NCBI GenBank assembly: GCA_963729825.1
Contig: CAVSQR010000077.1
Location: forward strand, 19,132-83,131
DNA length: 64,000 nt
Direction of reading: 5' to 3'
DNA from: an uncultured delta proteobacterium
GTDB taxonomy: Bacteria > Desulfobacterota > Desulfobulbia > Desulfobulbales > SURF-16
The notes under the pieces are model-generated. The model made no database searches. It had not been told where the DNA came from and was given only the letters and a program-made list of their open reading frames with translations. Position 1 is the stretch's first letter. Each line of letters opens with the position of its first letter. Below are positions 1-9,758 of this stretch, piece by piece. Made by a program: the position numbers and the translations under genes.

Positions 1-839
1 GGCTGCTTGATTGCCGACAGGATCTTCAGACCACTGTTCACCGGCAGCGCCATCACCACATTTTTGGCTGAAAAAACCCCTTTTGCCGTGGTGACCCGCC
101 ATCTGCCCTTCTCCCCACTGAGCGCGGTTACGCCGCTGTCAAAGGCAATATTTTTCCCCTGCTCCAGCACCCCCACCAGTCGATCCAGCCCCTGGGGGAA
201 ATTGTTCATGGCCGGCAGTCTTTTTTTGAGGGAACCCTTCTTCTCTTTCATCTTGCGGATAATGCCGCGAATAACCGAGCCATGCTCGCATTCGAGCTTA
301 CGCAAACCCGGCATGACCGAATCAATGCTGAGCAGGTTGTAATCACCGGAATAGCTGCCGGTGACCGCCGCATCAATTAAAGGCAGCACACTCCTGCCGA
401 ATCGCCGGCCGGCCCATTGCCCGAGAGTCTGGTCTTTTGGGTCGGGCTTGATCCACAGATCCCCCAGCACCCGGAGTTTCCCCCAGAAAGGCAGCAGGGG
501 GGTGAAAAGGATCTTCTTTGGTTTCTGCGGTATCTGCACGAGCCGGCCCCGGTGGCAGACATAACGGTGGAAATCACCTAAAGGGGCCTGCTGGGCCTCA
601 CTGTAAAGACCTGTATCTTCCAGGATTTCCCTGCTCTCCTCCGCATTGTCCAGAAAACCGTGGGGGCCCCATTCAGCCAGAAAACCGTCCTGATGAAATG
701 ACTGGATCGCCCCGCCGGCCCGCCCACTGGCCTCCAGAAGCATGACCTCCAGGGAAGGGGCCAGCTTTTTGATGAAATGGGCCGCGGCAAGGCCAGAAAT
801 TCCGGCCCCGATGATGATGACATCTGAGATCTTTTCCAT
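1..839 (-). CDS. hemY: FAD-dependent protoporphyrinogen/coproporphyrinogen oxidase (HemY/PPOX family), N-terminal part; gene runs off the window start
   Basis: Absent from the ORF track because it has no stop inside the window. Manual minus-strand translation from ATG 839..837 gives MEKISDVIIIGAGISGLAAAHFIKK..LLEASGRAGGAIQSF..GFLAEWGPHGFL. That is a GxGxxG FAD fold plus a PPOX-type N-terminus. The frame stays open to base 1. Confidence 0.6.
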   Translation of the reverse strand, partial: MEKISDVIIIGAGISGLAAAHFIKKLAPSLEVMLLEASGRAGGAIQSFHQDGFLAEWGPHGFLDNAEESREILEDTGLYSEAQQAPLGDFHRYVCHRGRLVQIPQKPKKILFTPLLPFWGKLRVLGDLWIKPDPKDQTLGQWAGRRFGRSVLPLIDAAVTGSYSGDYNLLSIDSVMPGLRKLECEHGSVIRGIIRKMKEKKGSLKKRLPAMNNFPQGLDRLVGVLEQGKNIAFDSGVTALSGEKGRWRVTTAKGVFSAKNVVMALPVNSGLKILSAIKQ

Positions 840-877
840 AATGAAAAATTCCTTTTCATGAGGTAAAATCAGGCCTC

Positions 878-1591
878 ATGGAAATAACTGCAGCAAAGAA
901 AATATTAATTATCTGCTATTCCTTAAGCGGCCAGACGAGTAACCTGCTGGCCAGACTGACCAACGGGCTGGAATCGGCCGGGGTAACGGTAATCATCGAA
1001 AGGCTGCGCCCGGTAAAGCCGCTGCGCTTTCCCTTCGGATCCATCCGGGCAACTGTGCGCATGATGCTGCTGACCTTTTTCAGAAAGCGCATTCCCATAG
1101 CACCATTGTCAGATAAATGCAAGGGCTGCTATGATCTTATCATCCTCGCCGGTCCCACCTGGTCCTATCAGCCAAGCGGCCCGGTCCTGTCACTTATTGA
1201 CCGCGACGGCAGCACCCTTTTTGCAAACCGGCCCGTGATCACCCTCATTTCCTGCCGGGGATACTGGCGGATGCACTGGCTCGGCCTGCGCGCCCTGCTG
1301 CAAAAAAGCGGGGCAACCGTGGTCAACCGTATTGTCTTTACCCATCCCAGCAGGGAGCCCTGGCGCACCCTTGGCGTATTTTTGAAGCTTGCCGGCAGAT
1401 CCCCGGAGAGATCGAAATTCATCGGCAGATATTACCCCCGGTACGGCCATGAAAAAAATCAGCTGGACGAGGCCGACCGCTTCGGCGCCATGCTCGGCCA
1501 GGCCCTGACCGGGGGAAAAGATCTTGCCGCCCTCAATTTCCAGACACCGCTGGCCATCATCCGCGGCGGCAACCGGCAGAGGCCCCGCTAA
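878..1591 (+). CDS. flavodoxin-like fold protein, function unknown
   Basis: 237-aa ORF. The N-terminus KKILIICYSLSGQTSNL resembles a flavodoxin-type first strand and loop. It is divergent from the hemY-like gene. No catalytic motif recognised. Confidence 0.4.
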   Translation: MEITAAKKILIICYSLSGQTSNLLARLTNGLESAGVTVIIERLRPVKPLRFPFGSIRATVRMMLLTFFRKRIPIAPLSDKCKGCYDLIILAGPTWSYQPSGPVLSLIDRDGSTLFANRPVITLISCRGYWRMHWLGLRALLQKSGATVVNRIVFTHPSREPWRTLGVFLKLAGRSPERSKFIGRYYPRYGHEKNQLDEADRFGAMLGQALTGGKDLAALNFQTPLAIIRGGNRQRPR

Positions 1592-1631
1592 GCCCTTACC
1601 CGCGTTTCACCGCAATCAGCAGCTGATCCGG

Positions 1632-2186
1632 TTAAAATTCAATCCCCTTCTGCGCCCGCACCCCGGCGGCATAAGGATGCTTGATCATCCGCACCTCTGA
1701 CACCAGGTCAGCGGCGTCCACAAGTTTCTCACTGGCATCGCGGCCCGTGATAACCAGATGCAGGCCGGCGGGACGATGCCTGATCAGGTCAAGCACCTCG
1801 GCCTCCCCTACCATGCCATAGCTGACCAGATAGGTCAGTTCATCCAGCACCACCATGTCATAACGGCCGCTCATGATCTTTTCCCTGGCAAAGTCAAATG
1901 CCTGCCTGGCAACTCTTATCACTTCGTCCTTATTCTTCTGCTGCCAGGTAAAGCCGCTGCCCTTGACATGAAACTCCACCTGGCCGGCCAGGGCCTGAAA
2001 TGCCCTGGCTTCACCGGTCTGGTGCTGCGCTTTGATGAACTGCACGATGCACACCCGCAGCCCCTGGCCCGCCGCCCGCAGAGCCTGGCCAAAGGCGGCC
2101 GTGGATTTCCCCTTGCCATCGCCGGTATGCAGCAGCACAAGGCCCCGGCGTTCTCCCTTATTTCCCTCTTGATTTTCCATGGTCAA
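1632..2186 (-). CDS. cobO: cob(I)yrinic acid a,c-diamide adenosyltransferase (CobO/BtuR type)
   Basis: 184 aa. Contains LLHTGDGKGKSTAAFG P-loop-like motif, VLDELTY and VITGR motifs, and the C-terminal KHPY..G..A.KGIEF typical of CobO. Confidence 0.85.
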   Translation of the reverse strand: MTMENQEGNKGERRGLVLLHTGDGKGKSTAAFGQALRAAGQGLRVCIVQFIKAQHQTGEARAFQALAGQVEFHVKGSGFTWQQKNKDEVIRVARQAFDFAREKIMSGRYDMVVLDELTYLVSYGMVGEAEVLDLIRHRPAGLHLVITGRDASEKLVDAADLVSEVRMIKHPYAAGVRAQKGIEF

Positions 2187-3988
2187 TCAATCCGCGCAGG
2201 AGTGGTAAATTTCCCCAGCTGCTTTTCATAATATGCACTGTTTTCAGGATCGACCGCAATCGCCTGTTTTTCCGCCTGCCGGGCTCTCTCGGAAAAACCG
2301 TTGCGCCAGAAGGCCAGGGCCAGGGTGTCAAGGATATAGCCCGCCGGTTTGGCGACGGCAGCCTCCCTGGCCAGCATGAGGGCCTTTTTCGGATCAACAA
2401 TTCGCGGATCACCGGCCGTGAGCAGAACCCAGGCAAGATTATTCAAGATCTCAGGGTGGTTCGGGGAAATACGCAGCCCCTGCTCATAAGAGGCCACAGC
2501 CTCTGCATACAATTTCCTTCCCTGCTGCAGGTCGCCGAGTAACTGGTACCAGAGGGGATTATCGGGCTGCTCTGCTGCTTTTTCCGCATAGAGCCTGGTC
2601 AGATGATCCAGCGGGGCTCTCTGCAGCAGATCATCCGGCATCTTCCACAGGGTGAAGCCGGTGCCGGCCAGGACAAAAATATAGAGCAAAAGGGCTCCAT
2701 AGACTTTGCGGTGATGTCTGGCGATCTGCCTGCGGTCATGCTCGCAGCGGTCCAGAAAGGTAACCCGTTGGGCGATACCGAAGTGATGCCAGCTGGGCAA
2801 CTCTCTGATATTGCCGCTGAGCCAGGCCACCTTTTCCAGGGCATTGACGATACCCTGGCTGCTCCCCATACTTTCCATGGCATGCAGATCAGCCTGCCGT
2901 TCAAAATTACGCATGAAAAAGCCAAACACAACGCGGAAATAAAAAATCAGCAGAAGCAGCAGGGCAAAGGTGCTGGCAAATATCAGCACCACATCCGTTT
3001 TTTTGCCAAGCAAAGCGCTTAATTCGTAAAAATGGTCGGATTTCAACAGAACATACATGAAGAGATAGGAGCCGAGCTGGGCAATGAGGCTGAAACCCAG
3101 CAGCAGGACAATGTACAGCTGGAGATGGTAGCGTTTCACATGGCCGATTTCATGGGCCATCACCGCATCCACTTCCTCAAAGGTCAGGTTTCTTAACAGG
3201 GCAGGGGTAAAGAGGATATAGCGGAACCGCCGGATAAGCCCCATGACCCCGGCAGTGAGAACCAGCCCCTCAAACAGGGGCCAGACAAGAATATCGGCAT
3301 ACTTGAGCCCCTGCCGGCTGCAGAAGTCCTCGATATGGCTGCGCGTAAGCCCCGGCGGCATGGAGCTGCACCCCCACAGGCGTCTGATGATCTCGGGAAA
3401 GGCAACGGCCAGCAGGATAAAAAAGGTGAGAAAAAAAAGCGGTTCTCCCCAGGATGATTGAAAAAAGTTTTTAACCGCCGGAAAGGGAAGCAGCAGCAGG
3501 GCATCCGCCAGCAGCGAAAGGGTCAGCCATGGCAGGATGATGGGGATATTATTTTTGAGATTGGTTTTAATAAAGGCGAAACCGGAGTGCTGCCGGCCGA
3601 AAACCTGGCCATAGCTCTTTCTGGCCCCGTACCAGATCAGGCAGAGATAGAAGAAAAAGAGCAAAAGGCCGGCCAGGCTGGTCAGTACCGGTAAGCTGTG
3701 AGTGCCTGGCAGCAAGGCGAAATAATATTGACAGTCCAGGAAATAGACATCAATGGCCAGAGAAATGATGGCCAGGATGGAAAGTTTCTGTTCAGCGGAA
3801 AAGTAGTCCGCCGCCTGTTTTATCCGATTCCTGCCGTAGGTGAGTGTCACCAGCAGAAAAAAAAAGGCCGCCTTCAGCACAAAAATCAGGGAGGTAAACC
3901 CTGCGCCCAGCAGCGGAGTATCCGGGATACTGTTGGTGGAGAGGATAAAAATGACTACGACAAGATATATGAGATTGTTATAAATCAC
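2183..3988 (-). CDS. M48 family zinc metallopeptidase, polytopic membrane protein with C-terminal TPR repeats
   Basis: 601 aa. HExxH motif AHEIGHVKRYH sits among many hydrophobic segments. The C-terminus has TPR-like repeats (AEAVASYEQGLRISPNHPEILNNLAWVLL...). The GTG start overlaps the TAG of the upstream J-domain gene by 1 nt. Confidence 0.8.
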   Translation of the reverse strand: MIYNNLIYLVVVIFILSTNSIPDTPLLGAGFTSLIFVLKAAFFFLLVTLTYGRNRIKQAADYFSAEQKLSILAIISLAIDVYFLDCQYYFALLPGTHSLPVLTSLAGLLLFFFYLCLIWYGARKSYGQVFGRQHSGFAFIKTNLKNNIPIILPWLTLSLLADALLLLPFPAVKNFFQSSWGEPLFFLTFFILLAVAFPEIIRRLWGCSSMPPGLTRSHIEDFCSRQGLKYADILVWPLFEGLVLTAGVMGLIRRFRYILFTPALLRNLTFEEVDAVMAHEIGHVKRYHLQLYIVLLLGFSLIAQLGSYLFMYVLLKSDHFYELSALLGKKTDVVLIFASTFALLLLLIFYFRVVFGFFMRNFERQADLHAMESMGSSQGIVNALEKVAWLSGNIRELPSWHHFGIAQRVTFLDRCEHDRRQIARHHRKVYGALLLYIFVLAGTGFTLWKMPDDLLQRAPLDHLTRLYAEKAAEQPDNPLWYQLLGDLQQGRKLYAEAVASYEQGLRISPNHPEILNNLAWVLLTAGDPRIVDPKKALMLAREAAVAKPAGYILDTLALAFWRNGFSERARQAEKQAIAVDPENSAYYEKQLGKFTTPARID

Positions 3989-4881
3989 TATCTTGTACAG
4001 GCGGGACGGGAGCGGGTGAGACTGGCATTATGGCGCTGAAAACGGACCAGATGCTGCAGCAGCTGCTGGGAGGTCAAAATATTCTGTTGGACGAAAAACT
4101 CGCCGATTTTCCTATGCAGGCGCCTCTGTTCAAATAAAAGGGCGAGAAGTTGCGACTTGGTCAGCAATCCCTGCTGCAATGCCTGTTGGCCAAATGGCAG
4201 GGATGAGCTGACACAGCCCTTTAATACAAGAAAAATTTCGTCACTGCTGAGCAAACCCCGTGACCGGGCGATTTCCCCCAGCCGAGGCCGCTGCGCCTTC
4301 TGCCACATTAATGCCTTGATAACACACTGCCAGCTGACCTGGCCGGCATAATAGAGATAGTGTCCGAACAGCAGCTGCCGGTCCGGGATTGTCCCGCGAT
4401 AGAGGTCCTGGGCATAAAAAGGCCTTTTAACCTGCCCTTCCTGGTAAAATTTCCCGGGCCTGCCCTTTCTCTCCCACATTCCGGAAGGCTCGGAAAATTT
4501 GCTTTTGGCAACAGGGCCTTTCCCCCTCTGCGGCTTTGCTGGAGCGGAATTGCGCCTGGCCGGGCTGAACGTGGCAGGAGAAGAGGGACCGCCGCCGTGA
4601 AAACGAAACCCATTTTCACGGGCCTCAAGGTATTGCAGCAACTGTTCATAGGCCTGCCGGACAGAATGAAACATGCGGGCGCTTCTTTTTCTCGCCAGTT
4701 CATCATGGCCGGCCAAGCGGTCCGGATGGGTTTCCATGGCCTTTTTGCGAAAAGCGCTTTTTACGCCGGAAAACTGGATATATTCGAGAAATTCCCGCGA
4801 AACCGTTAAATCGGGCCCGAATATAATCCGGCAAGCGCGGTATAATTCCTGCTCTGCGGCAACTCCAGTCATAAAAATCAT
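3988..4881 (-). CDS. J domain-containing protein (DnaJ-like co-chaperone domain)
   Basis: 297 aa. J domain with HPD tripeptide (FRKKAMETHPDRLAG...QAYEQL). The C-terminal half has two LGEI..GLL...QL helical repeats reminiscent of T2SS-E N-terminal/MshEN-like domains (inference). Confidence 0.7.
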   Translation of the reverse strand: MIFMTGVAAEQELYRACRIIFGPDLTVSREFLEYIQFSGVKSAFRKKAMETHPDRLAGHDELARKRSARMFHSVRQAYEQLLQYLEARENGFRFHGGGPSSPATFSPARRNSAPAKPQRGKGPVAKSKFSEPSGMWERKGRPGKFYQEGQVKRPFYAQDLYRGTIPDRQLLFGHYLYYAGQVSWQCVIKALMWQKAQRPRLGEIARSRGLLSSDEIFLVLKGCVSSSLPFGQQALQQGLLTKSQLLALLFEQRRLHRKIGEFFVQQNILTSQQLLQHLVRFQRHNASLTRSRPACTR

Positions 4882-4934
4882 CTCCGAACTCAGCTAAGCC
4901 GTTGTAACAAAATAATGTCCTTATCTGGCTTGTA

Positions 4935-5028
4935 AAACGGCACTCTTTTCAGTACCCCCTTGAGGGGTATAAGGAGCCGTAACGAAATGGTTCAGAAAGC
5001 CGAGGTTATTTCGTAACGGCTCCTAAAC
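4935..5028 (+). repeat. Interspersed ~93-bp hairpin repeat, copy A (partner at 56791..56882)
   Basis: Copy A and copy B share near-identical modules: aaacggcactcttt.cagt.cccccttgaggggtataaggagccgtaacgaaat, a variable loop, then tt.cgtaacggctcctaaa. The arms AGGAGCCGTAACG / CGTAACGGCTCCT form a 12-of-13 bp inverted repeat. Confidence 0.8.
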
Positions 5029-5181
5029 ATTCTTTTACAGAAAAATTCCGCCATTTATTCTTACAGCTCAAAGGGATGTCAACAATTATTACTTCCAAGC
5101 AGAGAATACCACACAAGCTAGGGAAGCTAAACGTTTTTTCTCAGGAAAAAAGGCGGGTGAGAAGGGAAAAAAGGGAGGGAA

Positions 5182-5490
5182 CTACGGCAGGACAATGTCA
5201 ACTTCTATCTGATCAGCCTCGGACTTGCTCAAAATGAGATTCGATTCACCGACACGCAGCTGGATGGGGCCGCCAAGAGGGGCCTTGTTCACCACATTAA
5301 CCCTGGCAAAAGGGACGAAGCCCAGATCAAGCAGGCGCTGCCGCACCGCACCGCAGGAGTGGTGCCTTTTGATGCAGACACAGCTTCCCGGGGTAATGTC
5401 GCTGAGCAGCCGACATTTTTCCCCGCACTGACTCTTACCGCACTGCGCGCCATGATGGGCACATTTCTTTTTCGTCCACCAGAACTTCAT
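5182..5490 (-). CDS. feoA: FeoA family protein with Cys/His-rich N-terminus
   Basis: C-terminal FeoA-type domain (RQRLLDLGFVPFARVNVVNKAPLGGPIQLRVGESNLILSKSEADQIEV). N-terminus is CAHHGAQCGKSQCGEKC. ATG at 5490 is preceded by a GGAAGG RBS. No feoB in the window. Confidence 0.65.
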   Translation of the reverse strand: MKFWWTKKKCAHHGAQCGKSQCGEKCRLLSDITPGSCVCIKRHHSCGAVRQRLLDLGFVPFARVNVVNKAPLGGPIQLRVGESNLILSKSEADQIEVDIVLP

Positions 5491-5602
5491 CGCCAAACCT
5501 TCCAGCCTGTCATTTCTATATTTACCATTAAGTAAAGAATTACTCTTCTAAATTTTTGCCTGTGCCACTCTGTCAAGCAAAAAGACCTTACACAGGCTGA
5601 GC

Positions 5603-5812
5603 CTAACCAAATGTATTTACTTTACTTCCTTTCATCTGCAGCAAAGCTTTATCCCAGGCCCGGCGACCTATCTCGGACTCAACCTTGTGCGCCCGGTCCG
5701 CCTGATCCTGCAGATTCCTCTGGACAATGCGGCTGCTCTGTTCCGACAGGGTAAATGAGGTATAATGAGCTGCCGTTTGGCTGATATAATCGATCTTGAA
5801 ATCAAACTTCAT
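5603..5812 (-). CDS. hypothetical small protein
   Basis: 69-aa ORF in an otherwise empty intergenic stretch. No recognisable motif; coding status uncertain. Confidence 0.25.
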   Translation of the reverse strand: MKFDFKIDYISQTAAHYTSFTLSEQSSRIVQRNLQDQADRAHKVESEIGRRAWDKALLQMKGSKVNTFG

Positions 5813-6036
5813 ATCGCGCTTCTTTTCCGCAGGCCGAACTCACCCGCTTTCCCCCTTGCCTGCAACCTTTCCGGGCCAACCGTTACAGGTACAAATCTCC
5901 GGCGCTGCCTGTCTCGCCTCTGTTACAGTATAATTCTCTTCCTGAAAATATGCCAGGGGGCAGATAAGAATTATTCGCGGCAACACGTTCACGTGGGGCC
6001 GGCAGCTGCATAGTCCGACTGTTGCAACCAGACAAC

Positions 6037-6318
6037 TCAGGAAATCCAACCCTGCAGGGCATCAACAATTTTTTGCGCCTGCTCCTTGCTGGAAATGTTA
6101 AATTTCCCCTGGGCCTGATAGATCCCCTTCAGCTTGCGGTACCGGCGGATGGTATAGCGGTCAGGCCCATATTCATTTAATTTAGTGTCCCATTGCTGAT
6201 AGCGGAAGATGATGGTCGACCACGCCCCTTTGGACAGCACAACCTTATCCAGCTCCTTGACAATCAAAACACCATCTTCTTCATAATTAATTGAAATCTC
6301 ATCAATATTTTCAGCCAT
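6037..6318 (-). CDS. hypothetical protein
   Basis: The ORF track gives 6037..6354. ATG at 6318 (MAENIDEIS...) has an AAGGAAA RBS 7 nt upstream. The composition looks like a globular protein. No family recognised. Confidence 0.45.
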   Translation of the reverse strand: MAENIDEISINYEEDGVLIVKELDKVVLSKGAWSTIIFRYQQWDTKLNEYGPDRYTIRRYRKLKGIYQAQGKFNISSKEQAQKIVDALQGWIS

Positions 6319-6755
6319 CGCCCGTTTCCTTTCTCTTTTAAAGTCGTTGCTCACTGCTTAAGCAGCCATAACAAAAGCGGATTCCCCGCCTGGGAAAATC
6401 CGGCCCTATCTTAGCAGTCAACTCAAAAAATAAAATTATTTTTTTATCACCCAGCCGTTTTATCATGATAAACCCACCCACGTTTACCATTCAATTGCAG
6501 CCCGGGCAAGGCAGAAATCCCTGCGCGGCTTGGTTCCGGTTGCTCCAGCCAATCACCCTGGCAAGGATCATATCAGCATTTGCCTGCTTGCCGCTGAAGC
6601 TTTGTGCCGTCTCATCATGGAAGACCACTCACCCCTTCGTCAACCGCGGATATTTCATTTTGCCCCATGAAACACGCTTTAACTCATGCATTAAAGGTTT
6701 ACATATGCTAAGATGTAACGATTAAATCCTTTGAAATAAATGGAGCTTGGAAAAT

Positions 6756-8136
6756 ATGCTGGAGCAAATCTTTGCCACAAATGGTCACAAAATTATCGAG
6801 ACCATGACCGATGGCCTGATGCTGGTGAACCCGTCCGGCAAAATCCTCTATGTGAATAATGCCCTGGAAGAGTTGCTGCGCTACCAGAAAAGCGAACTCA
6901 TCGGCAAAAGCTGTGACATTCTGGGCTGTGACATTTGTGCCAGAACAAAAAGAAGGGGGAGAGCCTGCGACCTGTTTACCAAGGGTGAGGAAAAAAATCA
7001 GCGATGCACTTTCCGCCGCAAGGATGGAACGGTGGTAACCGTTCTGAAGAACGCTACGACCTTACGGGACGAAAAAGATACTTTGGTGGCTGCAGTTGAA
7101 AATCTGACCGACCTGAGTTCCGTTGAAGAAAAAGACAGGGTTATCACTCACCTGAAGCGTCACATCGCATACGAAGAAGGGTTTCAGGGACTTATCGGCA
7201 ATTCAGAGGCCATGCGTAAAATGTTTGATCTTACCAGGAGCGCTGCCCATTCCGATGCGCCGGTTATCATTTATGGAGAGAGCGGCACCGGCAAGAAGCT
7301 TGTCGCCTCCGCCTTACACCGGCTCGGCACCCGACGGGAAGGCCCATTTGTCCAAGTCAACTGTGCCTCCTTGAGTGAGGAACAACTGGAAAGGGAACTG
7401 TTCGGCCAGGCCAGGGGCGGCTTTACCGGTGCTGATTCATCGGTGGTCAGCCGGCTTGAAGCGGCAAACGGCGGCGATCTCTTTCTTGATGAAATCGGCG
7501 ATATGCCCCCGGCCCTGCAGCTAAAACTGCTTCGCGTCCTGCAGGAGCGGGAAATTGAAAGTGCCGCCGATCACCGTCCCGTCCCTTTACTGCTCCGCAT
7601 TATTTCCTCAACCAGTAAAAATCTGCCAAAACTCATTAAGGAGGGTGCGCTTCAGGGAGGATCTTTTCTATCGAATCGGTGTCATTCCCATCAATCTCCC
7701 CCCGCTCAGTGAAAGGAAAGACGACATCCCTGCCCTGGTTGAATCCTTTATCAACAGCACCAGCATTAAAACCGGCAAAAAAATCAATCGCATCAGCAAA
7801 CAGGCCCTGGAGATTTTTCATCAATACAGCTGGCCGGGCAACGTGAGAGAACTGATCAATGCCATAGACTATGCCTTTGTCCTCTGCCCCGGCGATGAAA
7901 TTCTAGCGGAACATCTCCCCCCCCATTTTGCCGTTCAGCTCAAAATACTGAATATCCCCGTGGTCAAATCCCAATTAAACAAAACCGAAGATGAACGGCA
8001 ACGCCTGGTCAAGGCATTAAAGGCAACGAACGGCAACAAATCCGAGGCTGCCCGCCTGATGGGCATCAGCAGGGTAACACTTTGGAAATATTTAAAAAAA
8101 TACCAGATAGAGGTCAACCGGAAGATTCAGGAATAA
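6756..8136 (+). pseudogene. PAS-domain sigma-54-dependent transcriptional activator (NtrC/AtoC-like EBP), one frameshift near 7650
   Basis: PAS region, then an AAA+ sigma-54 interaction domain (GESGTGK Walker A, GGFTGA loop, DLFLDEIGD Walker B), then a Fis-type HTH (NKSEAARLMGISRVTLWKYLKK). ORFs 6747..7712 and 7555..8136 join as ..KLIKEGA|FREDLFYRIGVIPINLPPL.. with an extra base at about 7650. Confidence 0.85.
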
Positions 8137-8326
8137 CCCCATACCCCGGTTAGCCGCCCAGCCACCTGCCTTCCCCCGCAGGGAGTCCCAAAAAAAAATT
8201 CCTTTTTTCGAAAAAAAATAGTAAAGTACCTCCTTTTTTTAACAACATCTGCTAATCATCGCTGACGCATTGCGGTTGACGAAAATTACCATGGTGCTTA
8301 ATTGGTTTTAAAATAGAGGACATATC

Positions 8327-9734
8327 ATGGCTCCACAAGAAGCCTCATTACGCCCCCGCGAGGAATGCGGAATCTGCGGTATTTACGGTCACCCTGATTC
8401 CGCCAAATTGACATATTTCGGTCTCTACGCCCTCCAGCACCGGGGCCAGGAAAGCGCCGGCATCGTCACCACGGACGGCAAACAGGTTTTTGAACATAAA
8501 GGCATGGGGCTCGTCTCCGAGGTTTTCAGTGAAAAGGACCTGCAGCGCCTGCAGGGCGCCCTGTCGGTGGGGCATGTCCGTTACTCCACCACCGGCGCTT
8601 CCAACATTCTCAACGCCCAGCCGTTTACCGCCCGGCACCGCGATCAGTTTTTCGCCGTGGCCCATAACGGCAATCTGGTCAATATCCGTCAGTTACGTGA
8701 CGAACTGGAAACCAGGGGATCCATCTTTCAGTCCACCATGGACAGCGAAGTGGTTGTCCATCTCCTGGCCTCGTTCAGCCATCTCCCCTTTAACGAGGCC
8801 ATTACCGAGACCTTCAAGCAGATCAAGGGCGCCTACTCAATATCTGATTTTAACCCATAACAAGCTGGTGGCCATTCGCGACCCCAACGGTTTCAGACCC
8901 CTCTGCCTCGGCAAAATCTCAAACGGCGCCTATGTCGTTGCCTCGGAAACCTGCGCGCTTGACCTGATTGAAGCAAATTATATCCGCGATATAGAGCCGG
9001 GCGAGGTATTGATCATTGATCATAACGGGCTTGAGTCCTTCTTCCCCCAGGAAAAGCGGGCCACGAGCTTCTGCATTTTTGAGCATGTCTACTTTGCCAG
9101 ACCGGACAGCGACATCTTCGGCCTGAATGTTTACTCGTGCCGCAAGAGAATGGGCCAGATACTCGCCAGGGAGACCAATATTGACGCCGACTTTGTCATG
9201 CCCTTTCCCGATTCGGGCAACTATGCGGCCATCGGCTTTTCCCAGGCCTCCGGCATTCCGCTGGAAATGGGGGTTATCCGCAACCACTATGTGGGCCGCA
9301 CCTTTATCCAGCCGACCCAATCCATGCGGGACTTTTCCGTGCGGGTGAAATTAAACCCGGTGCGCTCCTTTCTCAAGGGAAAACGTGTTGTTATTATCGA
9401 AGATTCCATTATTCGCGGCACCACCGGCCGCAGCCGTATCCGCTCCCTGCGCGCCTCCGGGGTCAAAGAGGTGCACATGCTGGTCAGTTGCCCGCCGACC
9501 CGTTACCCCTGCTATTACGGCATTGATTTCCCGTCCCAGGACCAGCTGATTGCAGCCAAAAAATCCATCGCTGAAATCCGCGATTTTCTGCATCTTGACA
9601 CCCTGCACTATCTCAGCCTGGAAGGCCTGGTGGAGGCAACCGGCATGCCTGCCGAATCATTCTGCCTGGCCTGTTTCAACAACACCTATCCGGTGGAGCC
9701 GGACACCGGCTTCCACAAACTGTCCCTCGGTTGA
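8327..9734 (+). pseudogene. purF: amidophosphoribosyltransferase PurF, one frameshift near 8843
   Basis: N-terminal Ntn glutaminase (EECGICGIYG, HVRYSTTG, AHNGNL). C-terminal PRTase (VVIIEDSIIRGTT) and Cys cluster (CPPTRYPCYYGID). ORFs 8327..8860 and 8490..9734 join as ..KGAYSI|LILTHNKLVAIRDPNGFRPL.. Confidence 0.9.
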
Positions 9735-9758
9735 CGCTGTGGAACATGGGCACTGATC

